Assembly: GCF_009914755.1 (NCBI RefSeq)
Contig: NC_060930.1
DNA from: the human T2T-CHM13v2.0 reference genome, Homo sapiens
Reading direction: 5' to 3' (one strand)
DNA length: 64,000 nt
In this document: positions 35,741 through 48,430 of the stretch, one piece after another
Layout of the letters: each line of letters starts with the position of its first letter
How positions within the stretch are numbered: position 1 is the first letter of the stretch
Made by a program: the position numbers and the translations under genes
The notes under the pieces: generated by a model
Seen by the model: the letters and a program-made list of their open reading frames with translations, nothing else
What the model was told of the DNA's origin: nothing
Database searches by the model: none

Positions 35741-35919
35741 ACAAAAAGTAATTATTTTATAGAAAAATTTGGTCTATGACAATGTTTTGCTAAGGACTAT
35801 TTTCTGACCGTCAACCATACCAGGTTCCCCATATGTTCTCCTGTCATTGTTTATCATATCTTTATTCATTAATTTTCAATTATTCAAGTATTTTTGTGAT
35901 TTTAAAAGTTTTTGTTTTT

Positions 35920-38610
35920 TCATTATATAATGATAAAAGGATCAATTCAACAAGAGGATATAACAATCCTAAGTATATATGCACTGAACTCCAGACCTCC
36001 TAGGTTTATAAAATAATTACAACTACAACTAGGAAAACATGTAGACAGCAAGGCAATAATAGTTCAGGTCTTCAACACTCCACTCAGTGATCAGCACTAG
36101 ACAGATCATTGAGGCAGAAAGTCAACAAAGAAACACTGGATTAAACTGCACTCTAGAACAAATGAACCTAACAAATATTTACAGAACATTCTACCCAAGA
36201 ACCGAAGAATATACATTGTTCTGATCAGCACATAACACATTTTTCAAGATTGTCCATATGATAAGCCACAAAACAAGTCTCAAAAAACTTTAATAAATTG
36301 AAATCATATCAAGTATGTTCTCAGACCACAGCAGAATAAAGCTAGAAATCAATTCCCAAAGGAACCTTCAAAACTACACAAATACATGGAAATTAAACAA
36401 TCTGCCCCTAAATGATTTTTGGGTTAACAATGAAATCAGGATTGATATTAAAACAGTTTTTTGAAATGAATAATAACAGTGACACAAGTTATCAAAATCT
36501 CTAGGATTCAGCAAAAGAGATGCTAAGAGGAAAGTTTATGGCACTGAACGCCTTCGTCAAAAAGTCAGAAAGATCATAAATTGACAACCCAATGTCACAC
36601 CTCAAGGAACTGGAGAAACAAGAACAAATCAAACCCTAAACTCACAGAAGAAGAGAAATAACAAAAATCAGAGCAGAAATTGAAACAAAAAAGAAATGCA
36701 AAATATCAATGCTATGAAAAGTTGGCTTTTTGAAAGGATAAACAAAATTGATAGACCACTAGCTAGATTAACCAAGAAACGAAGAGAGAAGACTCAAATG
36801 AGTGCAGTTAGAATTGAAAATGGAGACATTACAGTTGACACCACAGAAATACAAAAGATCATTCCAGACTACTATGAGCACCTGTATGCACATAAACTAG
36901 AAAATCTAGAGGAAATGGAAAAATTCCTGGAAATGTACAATCTTCCCAGTTTGAATCTGGAAGAAATAGAAATACTAAACAGACTAATAACAAGCAGTGA
37001 ATTGAATCAGTAATAAAAAAAAATCTGCCAACAAAAACAAGTCCAGGGCCAGACAGATTCATAGCTGAATTCTACTAGACATTCAAAGAAGAATCGGTAC
37101 CAATCCTACTGAAACTATTTCAAAAGACTGAGAAAGAAAGAATCCTACACAACTCATTCTATGAAGCCAGTATCACCCTGATACCAAAGCCAGAAAAGGA
37201 CATAACAAAAAAAGAAAAGTACAGATCAATGTCCCTGATGAACATAGATGCAAAAATCCTCAACAAAACACTAGCAAACTGAATCCAACAGCATATCAAA
37301 AAAATAATTTACCATGATCAAGTGGGTTTCATCCCAGGGATGTAAGGATGGTTCAACATACACAAGTCAATAAATGTGATTCATCACATAAACAGAATTA
37401 AAAGCCAGAACCATATGATCATCTTAATATATGCAGAAAAAGCATTTGACAAAATCCAGCATCTCTTTATGAAAAAAAACTTCCACAAAGTAGGCATAGA
37501 AGGAAGATACTTCAAAATAATAAAATCCACATATGGACAAGCCCACAGCCAACATCATAGTGAATGGGGAAAAGTTGAAAGCATTCCCCCTAAGAACTGG
37601 AACAAGACAAAGATGACCACTTTCACCACTTCTGTTCAACTTAGTACTAGAAGTCTTAGAGCAATCAGGGAAGAGAAAGAAATAAAAAGACATCCAAATT
37701 GGAGCAGAAGAAGTCAACCTATTGGAGAAGAAGTCAACCTATCTCTCTTTGCCAATGATATGACCTTATGCTTAGAAAACCCTAAAGACTCTTCCAAAAA
37801 ACTCCTAGATTTGATGAATGGATTCAGTAAGGTCACAGGTTACAAAATCAATATACAAAAATCAGTAGCACTGCTATACACCAACGGCCAAGCTAAGAAT
37901 CAAATCAAGAATGCAGTCCCTTTTACAATAGTTATTTTAAAAAACCCTAGGAAATACTTAACCAAGGAAGTGAAAGATCTCTACAAGGTGAACTACAAAA
38001 TACTCCTTAAAAAAATCATAGATGACACAAACAAATGGAAATACATCTCACGCTTATGGATTGGAAGAATCAATATTGTGGAAATGACTATACTGTCCAA
38101 AGCAACCTACAGATTCAATGCTATTCCTACCAAAACGCCAATGTCATTTTTTCATATAATTAGAAAAAAATCTTAAAATTCATGTGGAACCAAAAAGATC
38201 CCAACTAGCCAGAGCAATCCTAAGCAAAAAGAAGAAACCTGAAGACATCATTTTATCTGACTTAAAGTTACACTACAAGGCTATAGTAAACAGAATAGCA
38301 CGACATTATTGTATATGGAGATATATACATATACTATGTAATAGTTCTATAATATATACATACTATATAATAGCTTATACATTATATACTATTCTTCCAT
38401 GAAAAAAGAATGAAATAATGTCTTTTGCAGGTACTTGAATGGAACTAGAGGCCATTAACCTAAGTGAAGTAACTTCTGGAATAGAAAACCAAACACTGTC
38501 TCCTCATTTATAACTGGGAGCTAAGCTATAGGTATGCAAAGGCATGCAGAGTGGTATAATAAACATCGGAGACTCAGAACAGGGAAATAAAAAAGTTAAA
38601 AATAGAAACA
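35920..38610 (+). mobile_element. 5'-truncated, internally deleted L1 (L1MA/L1PB-like); ORF2 endonuclease-RT pseudogene
   Basis: ORFs 36696-37013 ([18 protein letters not shown]) and 37376-38176 (AEKAFDKIQH; SLFANDM, a decayed FADD) are L1 ORF2 pieces with frameshifts. The element jumps to the 3' end at about 38305-38395. Contains a 20-bp tandem duplication at about 37706-37742. Confidence 0.92.
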
Positions 38611-38787
38611 TATCCTTATGATTATTTAATTAATATCAATCTCTTTCACAAGACTATAAGATCCATAATGTCAGGACCATATGTATTTTACTCTTTTTAT
38701 CTTACCAGAAAAAAATTGTCCAAGCCTTAAAAATAGGCAAGAGGTTTCTGGGTATCCTTTCATTAGAGTACTGGGCACTGCCTAGTG

Positions 38788-39462
38788 CAGAGTTCCCAAA
38801 GCCCCAGGCCAGGGGCCAGTACTGGTCATGACCTGTTAGGAACTGGGCCGCACAGCAGGCAGTGAGGAGCACTCACGTGGCTGAAGCTTCATCTGTATTT
38901 ATAGCTGCTCCCCATCACTCGCATTACCACCTGAGCTCTGCCTCCTGTCAGATCAGTGGTGGCTTTAGATCCTCATAGGAGCATAAACCCTATTGTGAAC
39001 TGTGCATGTGAGGAATCTAGGTTGCACGCTCCTTATGTGAATATAATGCCTGATGATCTGTCACTGTTTCCCATCGCCCCCACATGGGACCATCTAGTTG
39101 CAGAAAAACAAGCTCAGGGCTCCCACAGATTCTTTACTGCTGGCTGGCACAAGATGTGTCATAGCTGAAGCTAATCTCATTAAAAGAAATGAAGAAACAC
39201 AGGATAAAATGTGGAAAGTGAGATACACTTGTTTTTAGAATAAAGTAGCTCAGTTAATAATGCTGAGTTGTAGAATTATGATAATAATGGTGAGTTGTAT
39301 AATTATTTCATTATGTATTACAATGTAATGATAATAGAAATAAAGTGCACAAAAAAAGTAATGCACTTGAATCATCCTGAAACCATCCCCTGCCTCCCTG
39401 TCTATGGAAAAATGGTCTTCCATGAAACCAGTCCCTATTGCCAAAAAGGTTGGGGACCACTG
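38788..39462 (+). mobile_element. MER1A (hAT-Charlie MITE) carrying an insertion of about 135-150 bp
   Basis: Termini cagagttccca / tggggaccactg. 8-bp TSD gcctagtg / gtctagtg. Internal MER1 motifs. Confidence 0.9.
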
Positions 39463-39840
39463 GTCTAGTGGACCCTTTGCAGCTCCACTCTCTAAGTATC
39501 TATCTTAGCATTATCAACGTTCTAAGAGTTTGCATCTTTGATTATTTTTCTACTGACTAAGCTATCTTATAGTTTTATATGCATAGAAGTTACAGAAAAC
39601 AGATAGCCATGCATAGGAATGCAAAGACAAGGTCTTATCTTGTAGCTTATGTTTCATCAAAGAGATAATGGTCAAAACATTACATTTTATTGCCATAAAG
39701 GGTATTAACCAGCTTTATATTTATTAACAAATTTATTTCAGCATTTCTGATTTTGTGTGTGGGTGTGTGTTTGTGTATCTGTTCTTCAAATTCTCCTTTG
39801 AACCAGTTTTTAATGTTTTACTACTTCCCAAGTCAGAAAG

Positions 39841-40360
39841 TGTGAAGAACCTGAGATGTTACCTTACTTGCAGAAACATCAGATGCTAGGTAGGATATTA
39901 GACCTTTGCTATTCACAGCAATAACAGTGTAACACTGGTTTCTCATGCCCAGCATCATATTGGATGCTGCAATGACAGCCACATGGTTATACCTCTGAGT
40001 ACAGGGGTTGTACCACAGGAGAGAAACTGCAAAATTATGAAGCAGCTTGGAGCTTATACAGAAGCTGAAACATCTACTCCCTCTTCCCCTCTAGAGAAGG
40101 AGAGAGATATTAGTTTTTACCTGGTTATCTTACTCAGAATGTAAACAAGTCCTGTCATGGAAGAGGGGAAGGTCTTTACTCTGGAAAATAAATATTTGGT
40201 TCTGGGAGAGATAAAAAATATTGTATTCATCTTGGAATGGGAGCAAGTGTCTTCATCATAAAGAAGACAAACAGCTCCATGAAGGACACCCTTAATATGT
40301 GAAAAGCAAATGCTTGGGGGAGGGAAAAGAGGAGGCATTCTCTGTCATTATAGCATATCA
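39841..40360 (-). mobile_element. Degenerate LTR (MER54/MER74 group, tentative)
   Basis: 'tgtgaagaacctgagatgttaccttacttgca ... attcacagcaataaca'. Confidence 0.35.
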
Positions 40361-40919
40361 ATTGTTATGCTAAGGAGACACATACGGTGCAGGAATACTA
40401 AGTAACAGAGAGAGGATTACCTTCCGACAGTTCTCTTATTAATAAGTTGAATAGAATCTTTAACATGTATTCATTTTGTAATTATGCAAAAGTCAGAATT
40501 TCAGACTTCAGAAGTTATTTTTTTAGAAACCCCAATGTTCTTAGTACCCAGCACATAAAAATGTTCAATAAATATTTATTGAATAAATAAATAAGTGAAT
40601 AAAAAGGTAAGAATTAGTTTTTTTGTATTGTCAGAAATGATTATGGAACCTTAATGATTTAAATAATATTACAGAAAATATCACCTCTTTTTTTTTCTAT
40701 TTTTTATTGGTAGAACTTGGGAAGTAAGCATTATTAATTAAACTACTTTATTCTAAAAACAGGTGTATCCTGTGTCTCTTCATTTCTTTTCATGAGATTA
40801 GCTTCAGATATGACACATCTTCTGCCAACCAGCAGTAAAGAAGGGCTTGATGATCACATGTGACACTTTGAGAAAGAAAAAGGGTCTAAATAGGCAACTT
40901 CCAAATTCCCTTGATTGTA

Positions 40920-41460
40920 GTTTATATTGATTAGGACTCTTTTGCTTGCAAATAACAAAAATCAATTCAAACTACTCTAAGCAAAAAAAAGAAAAGAAAA
41001 TTTATTGGACAGATCATGGACCATGTCATTGAATTTGAGGGCAATGAAGCAACTAGACCTTAGGAACCAAAGTAAAGATTGCAATGCTGCAAGGAAGCCA
41101 GAGTCCTCCTCCATCTCACATTTCCGCCTCTTCTGTACATCTCTTTCATGACTCTCTCTCATTGCTTTCTCACAGACTCTATGGCCTTGTATAAAAGAGC
41201 TGGTACCTCGTGCTTCCAGATAACAGTTACTTATCGCAGACTAGTGACCCAGTGGGAAGCAGATTTCTTGCTCTCTCAAGCTAAAGAATTGCTTTCCCAA
41301 TTCCCAGGACTGATTGCTGTCTCAGGCATTGAATCAATGAGACCATGGTGTTTGAGGGTGGGGTGACACACTGTAGAAATGTGTCAGCTTCTGGGGTAAG
41401 CTTGTGGGTAGCAGAAAAGGAAGTCATTTCTAGAAAAGCAGCATTAGACAATAAGTGTTC
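40920..41460 (-). mobile_element. Old MaLR LTR (MLT1J-L-like)
   Basis: 'ttaggactcttttgcttgcaaataacaaaaatcaattcaaactactctaagcaaaaaa ... atttattgg'. Confidence 0.55.
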
Positions 41461-41726
41461 ACTAGAGTAACTTTTAAAAACTATTTGTGAAAAAAAGAGA
41501 CCATCAACTCAGCAAACTAGGAAAGCACAAAACAGGGCAAAGGCACAGTCTGGTAATGAAGAAGGAGAATAAGAAATGTAAAGTTGTGGAAAAACAGAAG
41601 AAATGAGACTCAGAGGGAAAATGGAGAAGGTAGAGCTTTTCCAGTGGGGTAATAATGGTGCTTGTGTTTTCCTAGAGGTGTTTGAAAGTCTAATGAACAA
41701 AGTTTTAAAAGCATTTTGTCCTCTCA

Positions 41727-41936
41727 TGTGCTGTCAAATATAACTTCCTGCAATGCCAGGAAGATTCTATATCTGCACTATCCAATTTAAGAGTGCATTA
41801 GCCACATGTGGCTACTGAATGCTTGGAATGTGACTAATTTGATAGAGGGAATAAGTTTTTAATTAAATTTAATTTTAATTAATTCACATTCAAATAGCCA
41901 CATGTGGCTAGTGGCTACCAGGTTGGATAGTGCAGC
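41727..41936. mobile_element. MER3 hAT MITE
   Basis: Two copies of 'tagccacatgtggcta' and termini gtgctgtc / gatagtgcag. Confidence 0.8.
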
Positions 41937-41944
41937 TTCACAGC

Positions 41945-42390
41945 TGATGGACTGAATATCCAGACCATGGCCACACTGTAGATAAAAACAGAACTCTGAC
42001 CCATTACAGACAGCGACCTGCCCAGGAAAAAGCCAAGTCAGGTTTGCATGAAGTCAGACCTCTAAGAACAATCCAGAAAGCCAATCACCCCTGTAACATT
42101 TAGCAAAAAAAGACCAGGACTTCAATAATACTTGACAGCTCCCCTATTTTTTGTCACCACTTCTCATTTAGGACCAACCAGAGAAAGCCAAATATGCACC
42201 CATATGACGTGCTCCATGATGAGTTAGCCTGCTCCAAGCCTGCAGTCTCTGATCAGAGCACGTTTGAACCCCCTTTTCTCTATTCCAAGCTTTTCCACCC
42301 CTTTGTCTGCCTCTGAGTCTCTGCCAAAACATGAGCAACGGTGGCTGACTCCTTTGCTTGTTTCCATTTGGTTAATATTTAATTTCCACA
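41945..42390 (+). mobile_element. ERV1-class solo LTR (MER34/MER90-like, tentative)
   Basis: 'aaaacagaactctgaccc', 'ggaccaaccagagaaagccaaatatgc' and 'gagtctctgccaaaac'. Confidence 0.45.
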
Positions 42391-42630
42391 TAGTATTGAT
42401 TTAGTTAGTGAATTCTGTTTATGCCTGTATGTGTTACTTAATTGTTTTGGCACATGCCCGTCAGTGCTGTATTTTTATGGTATCTGAATGGGAAACCACT
42501 ATGTCATAGGGATTTATATATTTTTAAAAATTGACAAAAACACAAGTTATCCTTGATTAATATTTGGGGATATGTACATTCAGTAGTCCCCTTGTATTTA
42601 TTACATGTGCCCATTTGTAAGTGTATAAAT

Positions 42631-42819
42631 TAGAGTTGCCAGATTTAGCAAATAAAAATACAGGACACTCAGTTAAATTAGAATTTCAGATAAACAACAC
42701 ATTAATTTTTGGTGTACATATATCTCATGAATTATTTGTCCTATTATGCCACAATCAATTCATTGTGTATCTAAAATTCAAATTTAACTTGGCATCCTGT
42801 CTTTTATCTGGCTGCCCTG
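42631..42819. mobile_element. MER53 hAT MITE
   Basis: Long imperfect terminal inverted repeats 'gttgccagat ... acaggacactcagttaaattagaatttcagata' / 'tatctaaaattcaaatttaacttggcatcctgt ... atctggc'. Confidence 0.8.
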
Positions 42820-43314
42820 GTATAGATGCTCCTCCCAAAGCATGACTGTGTCTCCAGTAGCTGCTGTGGCTGAGAGTGTGCCCAACATCTGCTTCTCATG
42901 CAGCCTCACTCTGGCCAGCTTTTATGTAGGGCAGACATCTCAGGAGGAAGAGCCAACAGAACCAGAAGTGTTCCCAGACATGTTGCTTCACCACCGTGCC
43001 TCTCTTTCTTTCAGCAAACAGGAGAGGTAGGAGAGGAAGGCAGAACAGAGCACTGGTAAGCTTTGCATTTGCTACAGAGAGGTAGGGGTGCTGGAACACA
43101 CAGAATCCCCTGGACACAGCCCTATGGGCCCCATGGCATCTGTGCTCTGGTGGTGCAGTGCTGTTGTGCAGGACTCGGAGGGATTTTCTACAGCCTCTCT
43201 AATCCTTCCAGGCACCCAGAAATGCATTCGATCTTGATGAATGTGGATAGGCTTCTATTTCTGCCTTGTCTCCTTGATCCCATCTCAGCACAACTGCAGA
43301 GCTCACTCTTTTAA

Positions 43315-43525
43315 ATTTACATTTAATGAGATTTTACTGTGCCAGGCATTGCTCTAGTTTCTAGGAATTTTGCTGAGAATAAGATAGATAAGATCCCTGA
43401 CACGAAAGAGCTTATATTCTAGTCTGAGGGAAAGATAATAAATGAGTAACAAATAAATGATTATATAGGTACCTGGTAATAATAAATAGTATGAATAAAA
43501 CATAAGCAGGGTAAGTGGAAAATGA
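43315..43525 (-). mobile_element. L2a 3' part (continues at about 49665-50230)
   Basis: 'actgtgccaggcattgctctag ... atccctgacacgaaagagcttatattctagt'. Confidence 0.75.
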
Positions 43526-43767
43526 ATAAACTCAAATGCCAATTCCTCCTCCAAATCATTAAAATGACCTGCTGATAAAGCAAAACTGAGTTTATCACTA
43601 ATGCAGGAAGATGACTACTATCTTGACAAAGTCTTAGGAGAGTCTTAGAGTGGAAGAGAAAAAGTAGAATATTACTGAGTTCTTGAAATCTGGTTTAAGA
43701 CAGGTCTTTTAAATGTCAGGGCTGATTGAGAATGGACACAGAGAGGCTTGGGTTTGGAAGAGTAAAC

Positions 43768-44201
43768 TGTCAGGCCTCTGAGCCCAAGCCAAGCTATCGC
43801 ATCCCCTGTGACTTGCACATATATGCCCAGATGGCCTGAAGTAACTGAAGAATCACAAAAGAAGTGAAAAGGCCCTGCCCCGCCTTAACTGATGACATTC
43901 CACCATTGTGATTTGTTCCTGCCCCACCTTAACTGAGTGATTAACCCTGTGAATTTCCTTCTCCTGGCTCAGAAGCTTCCCCACTGAGCACCTTGTGACC
44001 CCCGCCCCTACCCACCAGAGAACAACCCCCTTTGACTGTAATTTTCCATTACCTTCCCAAATCCTATAAAACGGCCCCACCCCTATCTCCCTTCACTGAC
44101 TCTCTTTTCAGACTCAGCCCACCTGCACCCAGGTGAAATAAACAGCTTTATTGCTCACACAAAGCCTGTTTCGTGGTCTCTTCACACTGACGTGCATGAA
44201 A
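43768..44201 (+). promoter_or_regulatory. 5' LTR (LTR7 family, most like LTR7B)
   Basis: Starts tgtcaggcctctgagcccaagcc. TATAAA at 44065-44070 and AATAAA at 44137-44142. The block 'ccaccattgtgatttgttcctgccccaccttaactgagtgattaaccctgtg' matches the type-II LTR7 organisation as I recall it. Confidence 0.9.
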
Positions 44202-44203
44202 TT

Positions 44204-44221
44204 TGTTGCCATGACTTGGAT
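44204..44221 (+). other. tRNA-His primer-binding site (15/18 match)
   Basis: tgttgccatgacttggat versus TGGTGCCGTGACTCGGAT, just after the 5' LTR. Confidence 0.9.
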
Positions 44222-44344
44222 CGGGGGACCTCCCTTTGGAGATCAATCCCCCATCCTCCTGCTCTTTGCTCCATGAGAAAGATCCACCTATGACCTCAGG
44301 TCCTCAGACTGACCAGCCCAAGAAACATCTCACCAATTTCAAAT

Positions 44345-44353
44345 CCGGTAAGT
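44345..44353 (+). promoter_or_regulatory. HERV-H major splice donor
   Basis: ccg|gtaagt, about 145 nt downstream of the 5' LTR, with a perfect intronic consensus. Confidence 0.75.
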
Positions 44354-44649
44354 GGCCTCTTTTTACTCTCTTCTCCAACCTCCCTCACTATCCCTCAACC
44401 TCTTTCTCCTTTCAATCTTGGCGCCACACTTCAATCTCTCCCTTCTCTTGATTTCAATTCCTTTCATTTTCTGGTAGAGACAAAGGAGACACATTTTATC
44501 CATGGACCCAAAACTCCGGCGCCGGTCACGGACTGGGAAGGCAGCCTTCCCTTGGTGTTTAATCATTGCAGGGATGCCTCTCTGATTATTCACCCACGTT
44601 TCAAAGGTGTCAGACCACACAGGGATGCCTGCCTTGGTCCTTCACCCTT

Positions 44650-45030
44650 GGCGGCAAGTCCTGCTTTTCTGGGGGAGGGGTAAGTACCCCAACCCCTTCT
44701 CTCCATGTCTCTACCCCTTCTCTGATTTTCTGGGGCAGGGGCAAGTACCCCTCAACCCCTTCTCCTTCAGCCTTAGTGGCAAGTCCCTCTTCTCTGGGGG
44801 AGGGGCAAGTACCCCAACCCCTTCTCTCTGTGTCTCTACCCCTTCTCTGCTCTTCTGGGGCAGGGGCAAGAACCCCTCAACCCCTTCTCCTTCACCGTTA
44901 GTGGCAAGTCCCACTTTTCTAGGGTGCAAGAACCCCCAATACCTTATTTCCATGCCCCAACCCTTTCTCTGCTTTTCTGGAGGGCAAGAAACCCCCAGCC
45001 CTTCTCCATGTCTCTACTCTTTTCTCTGGG
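44650..45030 (+). repeat. HERV-H pre-gag leader imperfect tandem repeats
   Basis: Repeated 'ctgggg(g/c)agggg(c/t)aagtacccc...aaccccttctc' units. Confidence 0.85.
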
Positions 45031-45099
45031 CTTGCCTCCTTCACTATGGGCAACCTTCCATTCCTCCTTCTCCCTTAGCCTGTGTTCTTAAGAACTTAA

Positions 45100-46300
45100 A
45101 ACCTCTTCAACTCTCACCTGACCTAAAATCTAAGCGTCCTATTTTCTTCTGCAATGCCACTTGACCAAAATACAAACTTGACAGTAGTTCCAAATAGCCA
45201 GAAAACAGCACTTTCAATTTTTCCATCCTACAAGATCTAAATAATTCTTGTTGTAAAATAGGCAAATGGTCTGAGGTGCCTGATGTCCAGGCATTCTTTT
45301 ACATATCAGTCCCTTCCTAGTCTCTGTGCTCAGTGCAACTTGTCCCAAATTTTCCTTCTTTCCCTCCCGCCTGTCCCCTCAGTCCCAACCCCAAGCGTCG
45401 CTGAGTCTTTCTAATCTTCCTTTTCTACAGACCCATCTGACCTCTCCCTTCCTTGCCAGGCCAAGCTAGATCCCAATTCTTCCTCAGCCTCCATTCCTCC
45501 ACCCTATAATCTTTGTATCACCTCCCCTTCTCACACCTGGTCTGGCTTACAGTTTTGTTCCGTGACTAGCCCTCCCCCACCTGCCCAGCAATTTACTCAA
45601 AAAGGTGGCTGGAGCCAAAGGCATAGTCAAGGTTAATGCTCCTTTTTCTTTATCCCAAATCAGAAGCGTTTAGGCTCTTTTTCATCAAATATAAAAACCC
45701 AGCCCAGTTCATGGCTCATTCGGCAACCCTGAGACGCTTTACAGCCCTAGATCCTAAAAGGTCAAAAGGCCGTCTTAGTCTCAAAATACATTTTATTACC
45801 CAATCTGTTCCCAACATTAAATAAAACTCCAAAAATTAAATTCTGGCCCTCAAACCCCACAACGGGATTTAATTAACCCCATCTTCAAGGTGTACAATAA
45901 CAGAAAAAAGTTGCAATTCCTTGCCTCCACTGTGAGACAAACCCCAGCCACATCTCCAGCACACAAGAACTTCCAAACGCCTGAACTGCAGCAGCCAGGC
46001 GTTCCTCCAGAACCTCCTCCCCCAGGGGCTTGCTACACATGCCGGAAATCTGGCCACTGGGCCAAGGAATGCCTGCAGCCCGGGATTCTTCCTAAGCCAC
46101 GTCCCATCTGTGTGGGACCCCACTGAAAATCAGACTGTTCAACTCACCTGGCAGCCACTCCTAGAGCCCCTGGAACTCCGGCCCAAGGCTCTCTGACTGA
46201 CTCCTTCCCAGATCTTCTCGGCTTAGCGGCTGAAGACTGCTGCTCGGTTGCCTCGGAAGCCCTATAGACCATCACGGATGCTGAGCTTTAGGTAACTCTC
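45100..46300 (+). pseudogene. gag: HERV-H gag remnant
   Basis: CCHC knuckle CYTCRKSGHWAKEC at 46031-46072. The second knuckle is degenerate (RPICVGPH*KSDC). Multiple stops. Confidence 0.85.
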
Positions 46301-46303
46301 ACA

Positions 46304-46600
46304 GTGGAAGGTAAGCCCGTCCCCTTCTTAATCAATATGGAGGCTACCCACTCCACATTACCTTCTTTTCAAGGGCCTGTTTCCCTTGCCTCTGTAACTG
46401 TTGTGGGTATTGATAGCCAGGCTTCTAAACCTCTTAAAACTCCCCAACTCTGGTGCCAACTTAGACAATACTCTTTTAAGCACTCCTTTTTAGTTATCCC
46501 CACCTGCCCAGTTCCCTTATTAGGCCGAGATATTTTAACCAATTATCTGCTTCCCTGACTATTCCTGTATTACAGCTGCATCTCATTGCTGCCCTTCTTC
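46304..46600 (+). pseudogene. pro: HERV-H protease remnant, catalytically dead
   Basis: FLINMEATHS replaces the aspartyl protease (L/I)DTGA motif. Also contains PLLGRDIL. Confidence 0.85.
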
Positions 46601-46680
46601 CAAATCCAAAGCCTCCTTTGAGTCCTCCTCTTGTATCCCCCCACCTTAACCCACAAGTATAAGATACCTCTACTCCCTCC

Positions 46681-48430
46681 TTGGCGACCGATCATGCACC
46701 CCTTACCATCTCATTAAAACCTAATCACCCTTACCCCGCTCAATGCCAATATCCCATCCCACTACATGCTTTGAAAGGATTAAAGCCTGTTATCACTCAC
46801 CTGCTACAGCATGGCCTTTTAAAGCCTATAAACTCTCCTTACAATTCCCCCATTTTACCTGTCCTAAAATCAGACAAGCCTTACAAGTTAGTTCAGGATC
46901 TATGCCTTATCAACCAAATTGTTTTACCTATCCACCCCATGGTGCCAAACTCATATAGTCTCCTATCCTCAATACCTCCCTCCACAATCCATTATTCTGT
47001 TCTAGATCTCAAACATGCTTTCTTTACTATTCCTTTGCACCCTTCATCCCAGCCTCTCTTCGCTTTCACTTGGACTGACCCTGACACCCATCAGGCTCAG
47101 CAAATTACCTGGGCTGTACTTCCGCAAGGCTTCACAGACAGACCCCATTACTTCAGTCAAGCCCAAATTTCATCCTCATCTGTTACCTATCTCAGCATAA
47201 TTCTCGTAAAAACACACATGCTCTGCTCTCCCTGCTGATCATGTCCGATTAATCTCTGAAACCTCAGTCCCTTACAAAACAACTCCTTTCCTTCCTAGGC
47301 ATGGTTCGTGCGGTCAGAATTCTTACACAAGAGCCAGGACCGCACCCTGTAGCCTTTCTGTCCAAACAACTTGACCTTACCGTTTTAGCCTAGCCCTCAT
47401 GTCCGCGTGCAGTGGCTGCCACTGCTTTAATACTTTTAGAGGCCCTCAAAATCACAAACTATGCTCAACTCACTCTCTACATTTCTCATAACTTCCAGAA
47501 TCTATTTTCTTCCTCATACCTGATGCATATACTTTCTGCTCCCTGGCTCCTTCAGCTGTACTCACTCTTTGTTAAGTCCCACAATTACCATTGTTCCTGG
47601 CCCGGACTTCAATCCAGCCTCCCACATTATTCCAGATACCACACCTGACCCTCATGACTGCCTCTCTCTGATCCACCTGATGTTCATCCCATTTCCCCAC
47701 ATTTCCTTCTTCCCTGTTCCTCACCCTGATCACGCTTGATTTATTGATGGCAGTTCCACCAGGCCTAATCGCCACACATCAGCAAAGGCAGGCTATGCTA
47801 TAGTACAAGCCACTAGCCCGCCTCTTAGAACCTCCCATTTCCTTTCAATTGTGGAAATCTATCCTCAAGGAAATAACTTCTCAGTGTTCCATCTGCTATT
47901 CTACTACTCCTCAAGGATTATTCAGGCCCCCTCCCTTCCCTACACATCAAGCTTGAGGATTTGCCCCCGCCCAGGACTGGCAAATTAGCTTTACTCAACA
48001 TGCCCCGAGTCACAAAAACTAAAATACCTCTTAGTCTAAGTAGACACTTTCACTAGATAGGTAGAGGCCTTTCCTACAGGGTCTGAGAAGGCCACTGCAG
48101 TCATTTCTTCCCTTCTGTCAGACATAATTCCTCAGTTTAGCCTTCCCACCTCTATACAGTCTGATAACAGACCAGCCTTTATTAGTCAAATCAGCCAAGC
48201 AGTTTTTCAGGCTCTTAGTATTCAGTGACAGACTAATGGTCTATTAAAAACACACCTCACCAAGCTCAGCCACCAACTTAAAAAGGACTGGACAATACTT
48301 TTACCACTTTCCCTCCTCAGAAGTCAGACCTGTCCTCAGAATGCTACAAGGTACAGCCCATTTAAGCTCCTGTATAGACGCTTCTTTTTATTAGGTCCCA
48401 TTCTCATTCCAGACACCCGACCAACTTAGA
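46681..48430 (+). pseudogene. pol: HERV-H pol remnant (RT, RNase H, integrase) with deletions
   Basis: SPYNSPILPV, VQDL, VLDLKHAFF and WAVLPQGF are present, with no YxDD after them. FIDGSS at about 47740. Integrase-like segment at about 47970-48400 with stops. Confidence 0.88.

Noticed and set aside
37376-38176. 266-aa ORF, the longest in the window
   Set aside because: A frameshifted L1 ORF2 remnant that drifts in and out of frame, with the RT FADD motif mutated to FAND. Not a functional gene.
41727-42819. Strong hairpin and palindrome signals
   Set aside because: Explained by the internal and terminal inverted repeats of the MER3 and MER53 MITEs.
44650-45030. Repeat-spacer-like array
   Set aside because: Imperfect HERV-H leader tandem repeats in a eukaryotic context. 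Not CRISPR.
44607-45164. 185-aa Pro/Ser-rich ORF in the HERV-H leader
   Set aside because: Translation of C-rich tandem repeats that are naturally stop-poor. No domain recognised.
46681-47238. 185-aa RT-like ORF
   Set aside because: The catalytic YxDD region is absent, as expected for the common deleted HERV-H form.
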